From NCBI GenBank assembly GCA_977020255.1, contig CDROCS010000953.1, positions 124,001 through 188,000 of the forward strand: a stretch of DNA of 64,000 bases, given 5' to 3'. The position numbers and the translations under genes were made by a program. Source of the stretch: Obrimoposthia wandeli (lineage: Eukaryota). Below are positions 37,001 through 52,009 of this stretch, piece after piece. The first letter of the stretch is position 1; every line of letters starts with the position of its first letter. The notes beneath the pieces are model-generated. The model was not told the origin of the DNA and did not search any database. It saw only the letters and a program-made list of their open reading frames with translations.

Positions 37001-39096
37001 TTGTATGTTCGTCGGGTGAATTTGAAAAGTCGTGTTTGTTAATCATCAGATATGTGTGCAAGATAAAAATGCTATTTATCCAATTAATAAAACATGTCTT
37101 GTCAGTTTTTCTATTACAAAGGGTGCTAAATCAATTTTGAAAGATTTGAAATTAGCGGCAAATATTTGAATTAAAAAAACAAAAATTTCAAATAATTACA
37201 TAAAACATTACGTAATGTTTTCTACTGTCGACCGGTAACTAATCAAGCATAAAAAGATTACATAACATATACATGCATTTCATTGTTACAGTTTAGTATG
37301 TTATGTAATATTGAAATAATATAGTAATCGCTTGTTTTTTAAATTGTCCACTAGGACTAGTCAATCCTTAGATAACACATACATGTGTATTTTTTATCAA
37401 TGTAATGTTTTATGGTTACATGCATAATCATTAATTATGTTATGTAGTGACATGTTAAAAATTAATAAGTCTTACGATTAGTTCTCGCAAATGTGAATCA
37501 ACTTCTAAATCTCACTGATTTTGTTCGATGATACTTGGAGGAGCTGTCTGTAAATTAATGAAGTTTTAATTTTAATGTAAGGAACATTTTTTGATAAAAA
37601 GCCTACATTAAAAGATTGATTGATGTGGTTATTGATGATTGTGTTCTTCACCTGTAATGATTAATACAGACAAATTATAAGACCTCACGTTAACTGTTTT
37701 ATCAATGCGAAGACTGATTGACGTTATTGTTGGAACCATTGTAGAATTAATCTGATATTATATAAATTAATAAAGAAAATAATTTTAATAAATTATTATT
37801 GGAATAAATTTACATTATTTGGTTGAGCAATACGAAAAGTTATTGACGGAGCCATTGTTGAGTCTGTTTATAAGATTAATCTACATATCAGGTTATGATG
37901 GCATTGTTTCAATGATAATACTCAATGTAATATTTTCATCGACGCAACCAATGTTCTTTTATTTTACTTTTTAAATTAATGACATTTTTATTGACATCTG
38001 AAACGTCTATTTCTATAATATTGTCTATATTATTAGATTCAAATAATATAGCCTCGGTTTTATTTTCATTCATTTTAAAATGAAATGAAAATCATTAAAA
38101 TTAAAAACACGAAAAAATTTGCTCGGTAGACTTCGTTGAAAAGGAATTTTAATAAAACTGTAATCATCAATTTTTGAGGTTTGATTTATTGAACAAAACG
38201 GGATTAAGAAATTGGCTTATTTGAGTCGAAGTGCAAAGATATATTTTTCTTGTAAATGGGGCCGATCCGGAGAGCAGCAAACACTCTGAATATTGGTGTG
38301 AATGTGAGGATTGTAGGGAAACTCGAGCAGGAATGAGTAGACTCGGCATAATTGGGTATACTTCAATTACGCTGACTCCCACACAGTTGCTCCATCAATC
38401 TTGGTTGTCAAGGTCCCACCTGATGTGGGTTGAGTGTCAGCTGTGTTGTTACTTGACGAGAATTACGCTTCCCTGGCCCTTTTGTCCAATGCCTGGGTGG
38501 TTAGTTTGGAAACTATCATATAGGATTAGTTCTCGCGTTAAATGTCATTGGATATTTCTGAATCTCTGCATGACCTACACTTTTTTTGATACTTTATCTA
38601 ACACTAATCGTGGAAAATATCAAAATTGTGAAATGGCTAGATAATAAAATAATCACTGAAATTTAAATTATGTATTTACATTTGTTACAATTTTAACTTA
38701 AAGAAACTAATAAATAAACTATTTATTTTATACTACAGGCTGTTCTATTGAATTTGAAATATTTCTCATGTAAATAAAAACACATACAATTTTTATATTT
38801 TATAAAGTAAAGGTTTTTATTTTATTATACAGACAATATATATAATAGGTTATTATAGAAAATATTGATCGGAACATCATAGTTTTATATTATGAAAATA
38901 ACAGGAGTATAATTTCGACTATTACAGCCTACAATAAGAAATATAAATAGAGGCACAATATCTTTGATAAAAATAAAGTTCGAGAATAATAGAGAAGTTT
39001 GAAACGGGAAAATTAAAAATAATTCGAAAAGTTGGAAGTGGTGGAAAAATAATAATTGATGACGATGGTAAAGGATTAGAAGACAGCACAGAAACT

Positions 39097-39342
39097 TTGA
39101 TGAAACGAAGTAATAATGGATTAACAAGCGTAATAAAGATAGATAAAAATGTTGGATGCAGTAAAAGTACCGCACATCGTTGGCTAAAGAAGTTGGCATA
39201 TAGAAGTAATATACCAAGGACAGTTCATCAACTTTTACCTGATGATTATGAAAAACGATTGCTATTCGCACATCCTCATCTTAATTCAATGGATTTTCAA
39301 AGGTCTTGTGGAGCGATGAGCATATTTCCATCTATCTGGTAA
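39097..39342 (+). pseudogene. Tc1/mariner transposase relic (HTH and linker)
   Basis: GCSKSTAHRWLKKL and HQLLPDDYEKRLLF. Confidence 0.6.
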
Positions 39343-40713
39343 AATCTGTTCAAATAGTAAAAGCGTTTGGTTTAAAACTCCATTTGCAGTTTTAGTTGAA
39401 ATAAAACTATTAGATTTCGAAAAAGTGATATAAATGTACCGTTAAGACGTCAAGCAGTTTTTGAACAAAATGGCGGACATATTAAACATTATGATAGATT
39501 TGTATAAATCCCTTTTTGTTTACAATCTATTTATTAGTGTTTTTTATAATATATATATATTATATTGCTTAGTGATTTTAATTTACAATAGTTTGTTTTT
39601 CTGTGGGACATTAAAAGATATTGAATATGGAAGCAAAATGTTTTCTAATCAAGCTGTTCTAAGATTATAAAGTAAATGTAAAATTATTATAAAAAATCTG
39701 TTAATTCCACCATCGATAACTTCCATATTTCCTTCCATACCTTCTTACCTATTTAGATCAATGGTGTCTTTGCAAAGATTTACAATGGAATTCTCCCAAC
39801 CTACTATAATCATTTTAAAATAAAAGTAAATATTTAAAATATATAATTTATACGTACTGGATTTGAAAGAATTAATTTCTTCAAATATCATGTAGATAAG
39901 ATTTGACCAATACATAAGATTTCTTTCCATATGAATAATTTAAAGTCTAAAACTATTTTTTGGTAAATTTTTTCCCAAGTTTAATAAGCATAATTTGTTA
40001 AACCCGTTTATTAGGAACACTTACATTCATAAAATGGAAAAGTAATGATTAATATTTGTTATTTTTGAATTTCTTTCTTCCAAGACAACTTTGTGAATGT
40101 TTTCCTGTTACTGCATCTTCCCTTTCTTTCAAAATTTCGGGCTCATTTTTTCATATTGAATTTTTACAACTGAGCGATACATTCAAATGAGTAACTAAAT
40201 CTCGCTGACTGGTGTTTTGTTTATTTCAAAATTCTAAGATATCCTTCTTTTTAGAGTCCAATCATTTTGTTTTTGAACTCTTACTTTGATGCATTTTCAA
40301 TTTTTTGTGAAAACGTTTCATATTAAAGAGTTTTACATTATTGTGTATACATAAAATAGGTCTAACTATAATTTGAAATATAAGACAAACATTAAAAGAA
40401 GACATTCATTTTTATTACAGACTTTATCTCTTATCTTTCAAAGATGAAGTATAAATTCGTTGTCGATTTAATATTATAGACCTATGAAATTAATATGAAT
40501 AAGATTGAGAGTTCCACGATGTGCTGGAAGTTGTTTTTACCGACGAGGAATCGATCAATTAGCAATAAGATGAGTTTAATGTGTGCAAGAAAATTAAGTT
40601 TTACATTCTGGTGATTCGCCACATTTGTATTTGTTGATTGAATTTATGATAATTTTCTATCTTTGACCCTGGGAAATTATTTTCCACTCAATCACTAACG
40701 CGTTTTCATGCAG

Positions 40714-40951
40714 ATACCTAGTAGCCATATCCGGAGCGCTGATACTCTTCAACAGCGTGCCATGTTATAGTTTGGACGGTCAGTGGATCCTACAGGCCGC
40801 TGTGGATCTTCTTTTGACGGGTTTGCTGCCGAGCCGCGAGCAGCGTCGTCGTCTTTGCCAAGTAGCCACCACCATGGGCTCTCTTCTCATCCTCACCAAC
40901 GTCACCATGAGCATCTACTTCCTTCTGCGACAACACGTTGACCCGTTCTGA
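40714..40951 (+). CDS. MBTPS2: Site-2 protease last exon (LDG motif), stop TGA
   Basis: Acceptor TGCAG at 40713, phase 2 compatible; YLVAISGAL..NSVPCYSLDGQWIL. Confidence 0.92.
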
Positions 40952-43900
40952 CCCTCACATGAAGAATTAGTAACCATCTACCAGGTCGAATTATGACCCA
41001 CATCCAGCTTCATCTGCATTTCCAGCCACATACACACAAAAGCTGCATTTTGTCATTCTTTTGTGCTTTATCTTTGCGCTCCTACTATCAGTATCTTCAG
41101 CTGTCATCTGTGTTCCATTTTTCAGTACAGATTTGTCTTTTTGTCATTTTTATTTTCTTTCTCTTTGTTCTTTTTCACATTAACCAAACTGTCGACGACG
41201 CCCTCTCGTGACATGATGTGATGGGAGTGGGGAAGACTTGTACATATGCATACAGACCGTCATCTTCATGCTGAATTGAAAAAGCCTGTGCATTTATCAT
41301 TTTGGGATTTGGAGAAAAACTGATAATTTTACGAAAAAAAACGACCAAAAATGATTTTTGCATATCTGTGAACTTGTGTCATAGTTCAACAGTTATCCAT
41401 ACCCGATTCCGTATCCCAGACTCAGTGTTTTGTACTTTTTTAGTGTCTGAAAAGGGGAAAATTAGATTAAAACGGACACAACAAATATTGGTATAGGGAA
41501 GATTTTTACAAAATTTCATGGTCTCCAGCTTATCGTAGTGTAAATTTCTGCAGACTTTGCCCCGTTCTTGAAGGGGACAACTCAATAGATCCACCAGTCC
41601 TCATAACTGACGTTCAAATTCAGATATTTATCCTTTTGATAACACGCAAAGCACATGTATATCTAAATGTATTGGTCCACAGACAGCACCAAACATGAGC
41701 TTTGGAACGTATGACGCAAATATCACTTGATATCATTTGTAACTCCGTTTTTTTGAGTCTATTTTCTGATTTTTGTCTTTATACAACATTTATTATACTA
41801 TCTGTAGCTACCGGGACAGTATTTGGGCAACAAACTAAAAAGCTAACTATTTGATTATCTGGTGCTGGCTGTTTTATTTTTAGTAACTGATGTTATATCA
41901 AGATGTATGATTTTTTGAATAGAACCGCTTGTACTCAGAAACTGTTATTAGGGCGGAATTTGATTTGACCTAAAGTAACCAATGAAATGGGGCAAGACAT
42001 TTATACATTTTCATTGCGATGGGACCGTCCTTTTCAATTAAACTGTGATTTACTCCTTTCGATTTGGGTACGTATTCCTTCTAGTTTGCTGGGGGCGTCA
42101 CCGTAATTCAATAAAATGGGGCATTAAAGTAAAATGTATAATTTTCATTAGATTTAACCTGTATACCAACCTAAATTATCTGACAATTTATTAGGAATAA
42201 CAATACATATAAATGTAAATTTCATACCCATTAGCTGCATACATAGTTGTAGAATTAAAATTCGTTAATTGTAAATGTTGGTGACCTCCGTCCAATAGTT
42301 GCTGTATAAGTAATAAAATTTATTTTGGTGAAATGAAAAGGTTCTAAGTCACTAGACTTTAGACATAATTTTATAATGTTAATATGAAGGCCGATTTTGT
42401 TCTAATATTTTGCTCAATTAAAATGAAAAGTGCGGAGTTGCATTTTTAATTTTGAACAAATATTTATGCCAGGTTCCATTCAAAAATCGACTAACAGTAA
42501 AAATATATTTAAGTTTTTTAATCAATACTTTTGCCGACGTCATAAATGTCTTACGTTGTTTTGAAAATAATCAAAAGAACATTTAATTAATATGTCAAAA
42601 TAATCAATCGGTCATTAATTTAAATAACATAAAATGCGACACTCGTAAATCTTTAATTCCTAGTTGAAGTCGCTGATTGCAAGAAAATTTTTCCAAAATC
42701 AAGCTGTTCCAGACACGAAAAAGTAATAACTATATTGCAATATAGTTCAAGACTCGTCGAAATAATTCAATGGCACTTCAATGTTTTTATTATCGACTTT
42801 GTACATTGCAGGGTAAATTTCACCAAAGTTTGAGAAGTTAAAATATAAGTAAGGATTGAAAATTAAACGATTTAATTATTAATGAATTATTTTAAATTAG
42901 AAATCAAATAGAAATTTATTGCAAAGCCATTTATGGGTATTCAGTTTTATATCTGTTATAGGATGTAAGTTTATACATTATTGGGTTTCTGTGCGTTATT
43001 TTCTTACTCCATCAGTTTTGTTTTAGAAAGTGAGAGTTTTGGATTTATTTGGTGTAGCTTAAAATTAAGGCTTTTTAATTTTAATTAATGGATTAAAAGA
43101 ATGAAATTTGATAGATTTAGATATATTTTTACAAATATTACAATTTGTGTTGGAATGCTACAATAATACAAGCAATTGTATGAAGTATATGTACATACAT
43201 TCTAAGAAAAAACTGGCTGTCGCAATATCGAGATTTTGAAATATCTTAAAATCCGGTTTATAAACTCCATTGAAATATAAATCTTTTAGAAACCTTTAAA
43301 TTATAAATAAACCCCATTTAAGACCCCTTAAAACTGAAAATCTCAGAGTGAAGAAGTGTCTGAGGCCATATGCGGGTCAACAAGTTCCCTTCGGACCTGC
43401 GATGGCCCGACGAGCGATATACATACAGGATCATGAAATTTTTTTTTAATCCTTTTTTAAATTGCGTAAAATTCTCGAAGCCATCAAACTTTTCACCAGA
43501 TTTAATGTTGAAGTCTTCAAACAATTCATTAAATATTTTGGAATTTCCGAATCGATTTGAACTTTGGATTCTTTTTCAAGATCAGCTAGCACCTCGTTTG
43601 GAAAATTGAATATTTGCAGATATTCGCGGGTTTAAATCCGTTTGGAATGCAATTTTCGCTTACACCGCGTCAACATCCACCGATCCATTAACAGTAAAAA
43701 AGCAAGATAACAAAATTTTGTTAAACTGTCTAATCAAGGCCTAATTCATAAGGAAGTTTTATGTAGTATAAACCACTGAGTCATCAGTGTTTTGAAATTC
43801 GTATTTTTTACATCCCAGTTAATAACGTTATGAGTCGAATCCATTTAACAGTCAATCTACAAGTGGTGTAGTTAAAAAAATCAATATATTCGGAGAAAAT

Positions 43901-44986
43901 TTAAGTACTCATACTTATTTTAGGGTCATAAATTACACCAAAAACGCTATGGTATTGTTTATAATCGCTAGCTAGCATCCATTCTTGTAGTTATCTCAGA
44001 TGGCTTCCAGTCCTGGTTAACCAACTGGTATCATCTGCCTATCAAGAATGGCCAATTAGGTATTTGTATTAAATCGTGCGACTTCTCCGCTAAATGCTAA
44101 ACATCGTACCCATTTAAAGTTTGAGATTAAGTATTTTTACTCTTTTTATTTTCCAGATACAACTATGCTCTTAATACTAGCTATCATGATGGAAACATCG
44201 GAGCGCACCAGCTACTAAATGATTTGGTTAGTCTTGTGCCAATTAATGTAGATCTGACGATCCACTAGATTCAACCTGCACACAATAAGACCATCATAGA
44301 TTGGGGCTCTCCTTGATATTTGGTCTCACCAATCACATGCTGACTTGTTTCCCAGCTGACACCCAGAATGTTAGCGTTCCCTGGTAATATAACTCTGTCT
44401 ACAAAATAGCTCTATCATCACTGGTCATCTGTTGTTAGAGACTAAACGGCATTCTCCCGACTGCATCTATACCTGGAGTGCTACCGACGGATTGTCAAGA
44501 CTGGTTCAGGTAGAATGAATGATATATCAGATTCTTCAATCTCCCACTTCATTTTTCGATTGAATTCTTTTTAATTTTTCATTTCTTTACTGGAGGTGCA
44601 TTATTGTCACTATGACCGGAAAAATTCAATGCGGGAATCTCCGTCAGCAGCTGTAGTATCACCCATCCTAAGTGGTTGGGGTTAGCTTCATTCTTTCCAA
44701 CGTCTTCTGTGAGTAAACTTAGAATAACGTCAATAGCTTTTGCATCTATATCAAGTTTAGACCATTCCCCATTATCCATTTCATCAAAAATGACAAATAT
44801 ATCCTAGCCGGCTACTGTTACATAAAATTTAAATTATTTGTCTGATTTTCTTTCTAATTTTTTTTTCACATGAAAAGGTACTATGTTGTAACAATGCAAT
44901 ACTAATATTATTAATTTTACTATTTTTTTCTCATAAATATGATTAGTTTACAATTTTTTATGTGACCTAAATATATAACTGCATAT

Positions 44987-46486
44987 CAGTAGGGATATGT
45001 GATGACTTCGACTCAAGGCAATATGTCCCCCCACCCCCTAGCAAAATCTAAAAAAAAAAATTTAAGGTCAATGTCAAATGTAGGTCAAGGTCATTATGTG
45101 GGTCATTAAGTACTATAGTACGTCTATTTTCAGCTAATTTTTGTTTAAATGCATCAATTTTGATTGGCGCATATTCAAATTTCGGTTGATTTAGGGTGTT
45201 GTCATTCTCAATTAAGGTTATAATCAATATTCCCATCAATATACCCTTAACTTTCGGACTTCTTATTAAATATTAATAAATATAAAGGAGAAAATACATA
45301 CCTTTATTTGCTAATTCCATAGAGTCCAAACAGGAGTCACTAATCTACTGGCACCGATCTTGTATATTCCATTGTAATCTTCTTAATCACCTACATATCC
45401 CTAATTATGATGAAGACCCTATGAAGGATTACGATAAAGGATTGTATTGATGAGATGAGTAATTCTAGATAACTAATGAATTGATGTCAGATTCCAGATA
45501 AGCTTGTACTAGTTATTTTTAAATCAGGATGTTGAAGAATATGGAGGATTGTAATAATGCAGATTAGATGCTGGATTATAACGAAGACAACATGGAGCTG
45601 AAGGTTTGCATTGATGAGAAGAAGGATTGTGATAATGAAGATGATGAGGGATTGGGGTCATGAAGATTATAATATTGTGAAGAGATGATGAAGATCGTAT
45701 GATGGTGTATGATAACAATGTAAGATAATGATAGTATATTTAATAAAAATTATTTATTCTTTACTATCTCTCTTTATCTCTCAATACTTGTTTTAATTAA
45801 CTCATAGGTTTAAAAATAAAAAATGTACTTTTGCAAGTTATGTGTAATAAATACCTTGAGATTACAAAAACATTTTCTACTCTCAAATAAAAGTAGATTC
45901 AATTACACAAAATAAGTTTTAAAAAATAATAAAAATAAAAAATTCAGTTTAACAATTTATAATTTTTTTTCTACTCTCAAATAAAAGTAGTTAAAATTTC
46001 TTTAAATTAATTTTACAAAAAGTTTACGGAAAATATGTTTTTGCGCGCAAAGGTTTTGAATTTTGAATTTGCGCGCGTCAAAATTTATGTATCAAAACAA
46101 AATAACTTTTTTAAATAGTATGTCATGACTTTGACTTTAAAGTCATATGCCATTTTAAAAGTTATAACCTTAATTGAGAATGACCTTCAGAAATCGACTA
46201 AAAACATCCTAAAGCAACCGAAATTTGAATACACGTCAATCAAAATTGATGCATTTAAACAAAAATTAGCTGAAAATAGACATACTATAGTACATAATGA
46301 CCTTTAAATAATCTTGACCTTTAAATATCATGTGTACTCGGGAGAAATTTGACCCACATTATGACTTTGACCTTGACCTACATTTGACATTGACCTTAAA
46401 ATTTTTGTTTTGAAATTTGAGCCAATTTTTTTTCGTTAGGGCGAGGACCTATTGCTTTGAGTCGAAGTCATCACATCTCCCTACTC
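44987..46486. mobile_element. 1.5-kb non-autonomous TIR element with long (~260-bp) imperfect TIRs, Sola/Academ-like
   Basis: CAGTAGGGATATGTGATGACTTCGACTCAA / TTGAGTCGAAGTCATCACATCTCCCTACTC; TSD ATAT (44983-44986 and 46487-46490). Confidence 0.85.
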
Positions 46487-46654
46487 ATATTAATAAGATT
46501 ATGTTAACATTTTATTATATTTCAATACGATATAGTTAATCATTACTTTTCTGTTATATGACTGCTACTAAGGTAAATTAAAATGTGACCTCAAAATAAG
46601 TCATTTAAAAAACAAAATACAAGAATCAATACGTATTATTATATAATATAAAAG

Positions 46655-47893
46655 TGTTGAGGCTAGGAAACTAAAAAATAAATAAGTTATTTATAGTGAG
46701 AGTTAACCTTAAAATAATGAAGGTTAATAAAATAAATAAAATAATTAATTGTATAAAATTAGAAGTTAGAAATAAATTAAAAAAAGAGTGAGGTTAGAAT
46801 ATAGTTTAAAATATTTGTATATAAGTTGGATAAAAAGTGTAGAAGGACAAAGAATAAAAATTGTGATAAATAATAATTGCGAAAAAAGAAGATAAGTCCC
46901 GGAGAATCCAAAATTATTATTGGAATTGTTGATATTACGGAAAAAAGATAAAGTTAATTTATCGGTGAGAAGTTACACCTGTTTCCTATTGAGGATCGAT
47001 TGCGTAAGGAAAATCCATTAAGATCGCATTAGAAAAACGAAATCCATTTAGTATTACATTAGGAAAAAACAAAAATCCATTAGGATAGCATCCAGCCCGC
47101 AAAGCACTCAGGGGTTCCTCCCAGCGATCCGTGGTGAGAGGAATTTCATTTATAAGTGAGTGATATTTAAAATATTCACAGAAGAATTGTTTCGACAAGG
47201 AAGTCAGGGATCGACAATCGGATTGGAATCAAAAGGACGAAAAAACAAGAATTGAATTTGACGGTAATCGGGATATTACACGGATCGACACAGGAATCTT
47301 CAACAAGGACATAAATGCAAACAGAGACGGATTGTTGTCAGGGATTCAAATCAAGGCAAGATACCTAAATTGAACTGGTGAGAAAGAGCATAATTGCAGT
47401 AATTATATTTGAAAGTAAATAACCGAATCGAAATTAGGTATATTTGTTAATTTAATTATATCGAATTTAAGTATATTGTCAATTGAATTATCTCGAAATT
47501 AAGAATATTTGTCAAGTAAAAAACACGTTGAATTATTTTTGAGCTCAACGACAAAACGACGTTATTGAATTAGTTGACAATAATAACAGATAGTAAAGAA
47601 TTAAGTATATGTTATTAAGACACAGGGAATCTTGAAGAGTGATAATAGCATGATGCGTATAAAAATATACATCACACTACAATAATTTTGAGCATACTAG
47701 CTATTTTGTGAACACAACTCTTTGAACACACCACAAAACAATAAGACAAAAAATTTTCAAATTGAGACAAAGATTAAGTAGGACACGAAGAGGTAGGCCA
47801 CATCCATCTGTAAGCCCTATCGCTACAGAACTCACGTTGGGGCCTCCATACGAGGATTTAATTAAATAAGAGTTTCAATTAGAAACCCCAACA
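46655..47893. mobile_element. Solo LTR, family B related (opposite orientation to the 1247 copy)
   Basis: TGTTGAGG...AGAAACCCCAACA; TSD AAAG on both sides; conserved AGAACTCACGTTGGGGCCTCC. Confidence 0.88.
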
Positions 47894-48529
47894 AAAGTAT
47901 AAAAAACATGAAATTTCATGCAGGATTAAATCAAAGCAGTTGGCGTTTCTATTCTGTTCGCGTCAGATGAACTTGCAAAAAATAACCGCATAAGAGCTAT
48001 CGATAGATATCATTTTCTATTTTATTTCTACGTTTGGAGTGCAAGCATTTGAGTCGAGATCTTTACAGTAATATGAGTATATTGTCTATTACTAAAAGTT
48101 TTGATACCATTGTAAGCCTTTAAGCAATCTGAAAGTATAATCGAGCCCGGTGCGATTGAACTGCGCATGTATTCGTGTACTGTTTTCTTGGAACTGTAAA
48201 AAGAAAAACCTCACGATTTTAACGGTATATGCCACCAAAAACACGTTGTTCTTCAACCATTCTCTATTGCATTTCCAACGTGTAAGTACAGATTCAACAT
48301 TCTATATGTGCATATTTTAACCTCAAATTATCACGGGATTGTTCAAAATCTTCTCTACACATACCTCACGTAGACAATTGTTCCAATTTACAGTTGTACA
48401 GTAGGGTGCATCAAAAAAATTAAAGTTCTGAAATTGATCTGTCTGGTGATTAATTTTGTTTCACTTGGTGACAGATATTTTGTATTAAAATATTTTCATA
48501 ATTGAAGAATATTTAGAGGTCCCCCCATG

Positions 48530-48950
48530 ATGTTCAATTTTGTTCATATTTTCATAATACAAGCCCTTTTACATTATAATGTAAAACTCCAGGGATCTAA
48601 ATATTCTTCATATGCAGATTCTATATTATTTTTCTATTAATGGTTTTTTTAATTTTTTTATTTCAGAATAATTAATTATTAGAAATCAACATTCATCAGC
48701 AATTCAGCATCCATGGACCATCATGGACAAGAGATCCCCTCACAATGTTCAATTGTGTTCATATTGTTATAACACAAGCCCCTTAAATTATAATGAAATG
48801 CTCCAGGCATCTAAATATTCTTTATATGCAGGTTCTATATTATTCGTCTATTAATGGGTCTTATGAATTTCTTTTCGTTTCAGAATAATTAATTATTAGA
48901 CATCAACATTCATCAGCAATTCAGCATCCATCGACCATCATGGACAAAGT
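48530..48950. repeat. Tandem duplication of a ~210-bp unit
   Basis: ATGTTCAATT...CAGAATAATTAATTATTAGA...CATCATGGACAA occurs twice in tandem. Confidence 0.8.
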
Positions 48951-50804
48951 ACCTTCAACAGAATCAATGTACAGGGGCTCACCTTCTCGAACCAAGTTCC
49001 AATTGGAATTATTATTGTTTTTTGTTGTTGTTGGCATCACCGTTGATTACATCTCCAATGAACGGGATCTTAACTAAGTGTAATTAGATGATTACTGGAA
49101 CATTTTCGTTCTTGCCAGAGCGAACCCCACTGTTACAAAAATTCCACAGTAGCTTCTTTCACAGAAATATATTGCGATAGTTCTAGAAGATTCATTAAAA
49201 CAAAAATTGAATCATTAGATTATATCGGTCATACATTTTTTTGAGTCATACACCAGTTAATGCTATTTAACAAAAATTACATGTCAAACTTACCTGCTTT
49301 GTCGTATTGATATTTCAGTTAAGATATGCCTCTTCACTCTTGTCATTAATTGAAGCTTACCAAGTTAGAACTGTCAATTACATCTCATTCAACAGTTTAT
49401 AGGTTTCATTGACAGTCACTTTAATTATTGAAATAATATTTCGAAAATAATTTACATATTCATAACGTATTCAAGACACAGGGAATATTAAAAATATTTC
49501 TTCAAACATTCATTTAATTAAGCATATTTGGGCCCCTCTCTAATCAGAGCCATACGGTACTACAAATGAAGAAAATATTTTGTTTGGTGATTACATATTT
49601 TTTATTTTAAATTAATGTAATTTTAAAAATATTACTGCTCTATATTTTCATAATACATATTTCCGAATAAAATAATGGAATATTAGGATTATTAGGAGAA
49701 AAGTTTAATAAGAAAATATTGTAATCTAACTAGGAAACAGAATTGAGAATCAAAAAAGAAAACTAAAAAAACATTTTTATAATTGCATTTGAAGAAGAAC
49801 TTCTGATAGGAAACAGAAATTATGTTTATCCACAGATAATAATTTGTAATAAAAGAAGTTGAAAGCTTTTTACTCAGATGTGCTGAAATTAGCAGTCAAA
49901 GTTTTGCACAAATTTCGATGGAATCTTATTACATCAAAGTCGGTTAATCTTTCAATTTCCATAACTTTGAAATTATAATAATAATTTTCTGAAAATAAAT
50001 TCAACCAAATAAATAAAAATATTCATAAGTACAGTAAACATTCTATAATTTGCCATTCCTGGGATTTTCAATTTAATGACGAAATAAAAGATTCGACGCT
50101 ATAGAGAATAGGAAAATTACGGATATTGTGTGATAATGTATAATAAACTGAAATATATAAAACTCAAAACTCAAATTAAAAAAACCTCTAAAATTTCTTT
50201 CTTTGCTTTTTAATATTATATGTGATAATGTATTTCTTAAAATTGAAATTATTTTCATCTCATTCATTTTGTTCATTTAAAAATAGGTTAAATATTGCTA
50301 AAATAGTCTGGAAAACTTTCTCTTCAACTGCACATCTGAAGTTCTTTTCTTCAAAACTTTCAATTTGATCTACTTTTAACCAAATTTTGTCATTTACACT
50401 ATATCCGATATCTCAATATTCTTGATTGGGTCATGAATGCCAGCGTTTATGAAAAAAATATTAAAATCTTTATTTATAGCTCAATCAGTTATAAATTACA
50501 TATCGTGTTCGTTTTCCATATGTTTTAAACAATTCAAAGTTGTATCCTTCTTTGCATCGTTCTGAACCATAAACAATCGCATCTTTTTATGTAAATTTAT
50601 CCGGTGTGTAAACATGGTCTACTTATTCAACTTTGTTTAGTATATATGAGAACTTGTACTTCGTGACAAGTATTTTAAATGTTCTTATTAAAATTCCAGT
50701 AGAGATTTTTGGTAAACACATTAGTTCGATCTTTGTAAATTTGTGTTTAATAGTATAAGTCGGAAAATTGTTTAGCAATAATAACATCTTCACTTTTATG
50801 TCTT

Positions 50805-51320
50805 TGTTGGGGTTTCTATTTGAAACTACTAGATAGATCCTGGGATGGAGGCCCCAACGTGAGTTCTATAGCAATAGGGCTTACTGATGGATGGGGCATA
50901 TTTGGATTTATCCTACTTAAGTTAGTCTCAATTTGAAGGGTTTGTTTTTTAATATGTAGCATGGGAGATGTGTAAGGAGTTATGTGCACAGGGTACTGGA
51001 AAATTTCCCTTATTGTGGTGTAGTGTATGGTGAGTTGGTACTTGTCTGGTTGTAGGGGTTCGTTTAAAACAACACTGGTTAATTGTAGGAAAACTTTATT
51101 CTCTAAACACACTCTAACTATGTTCCTAAAAATTACAATAATTAGTCCTAATTACTGCACTAAACTCCACAGAGTGGGGATATATTGGCGTATCGATTTT
51201 AATCAGGCCTAACAATTTTACAAGTTCTACGTCCGGTGAGATTTTCTCAAATTCAAACTTGATCTAACTCAACGTTAAAATTCAAAATTATTTTACTTTA
51301 ACTTTAATTTGTCTTTTATC
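50805..51320. mobile_element. Truncated family-B LTR fragment; far end uncertain
   Basis: TGTTGGGGTTTCTATTTGAAACT...GGAGGCCCCAACGTGAGTTCTATAG; similarity to the 1247 copy fades after ~450 nt; no TSD found. Confidence 0.7.
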
Positions 51321-52009
51321 AACAATAAAATAATATACGAACAATTCGACTTTACTGAGTCAGTCTGATGAAAACCTTCATTTTTTGACTTGTAATATTC
51401 TCTTAGTCCTTTTGTGGTAGATTGTCTACTAAGTAGGCCTGTGCTTTGGCACCAAGAGTTCTTGAGTTAGTCCAAGTTGATAAGTTTTCAATTTGGTAGC
51501 ATTTTGAAGATAAAGTCTGTCACAGTTTCTGGGTTGGTGCAATCATTCTATTCATTAATTTGACCCTCCAAGATTACGTTCCAAAATACACTGCGCAATG
51601 TGAAACCGCGCAATTCAAACCGTTATTAGGGTGAAATTAGGGTGATTTGTTTCTATGGACAAAACATATATATACATTATGAACAAAAATAATTTTGTTT
51701 CAATCTGCATAAGTGCGTATTTGGCAGAAGAAAATTAATTTTCGCATTCGGGTGCAAATCGGCCAAATACGAAGGATGACTACGAGCGTTGTCCAAAACC
51801 AGCAAAAATTTTAAATGCTATGTTGTTCTTGTAACATTATTTTTTCAACATCCTTGCAAAAACATTTCAAAAACCAATCTTCGAAATTTTGCTTGTCACC
51901 CAAGCTTTTTTGTTTGACCTCCAGTAAACTGGTAAAGACTTTTTATCAATGCCTTAGAATGCTCTGGGATTCTCAGATGTATAAAGAAAGAAGATTTTTC
52001 ATTTCCACA

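Noticed and set aside
38733-41935. Possible TIR pair (TACAGGCTGTTCTATTGAA / TTGAATAGAACCGCTTGTA) enclosing the last MBTPS2 exon
   Set aside because: Only a partial match in AT-rich DNA, with no supporting subterminal similarity
43318-43524. Weak resemblance to a MULE/FAR1-type N-terminal domain
   Set aside because: Too short, and no catalytic motif found nearby
45524-45718. Low-complexity ORF inside the 44987 TIR element
   Set aside because: GAT/GAA microsatellite-like sequence with no domain signal
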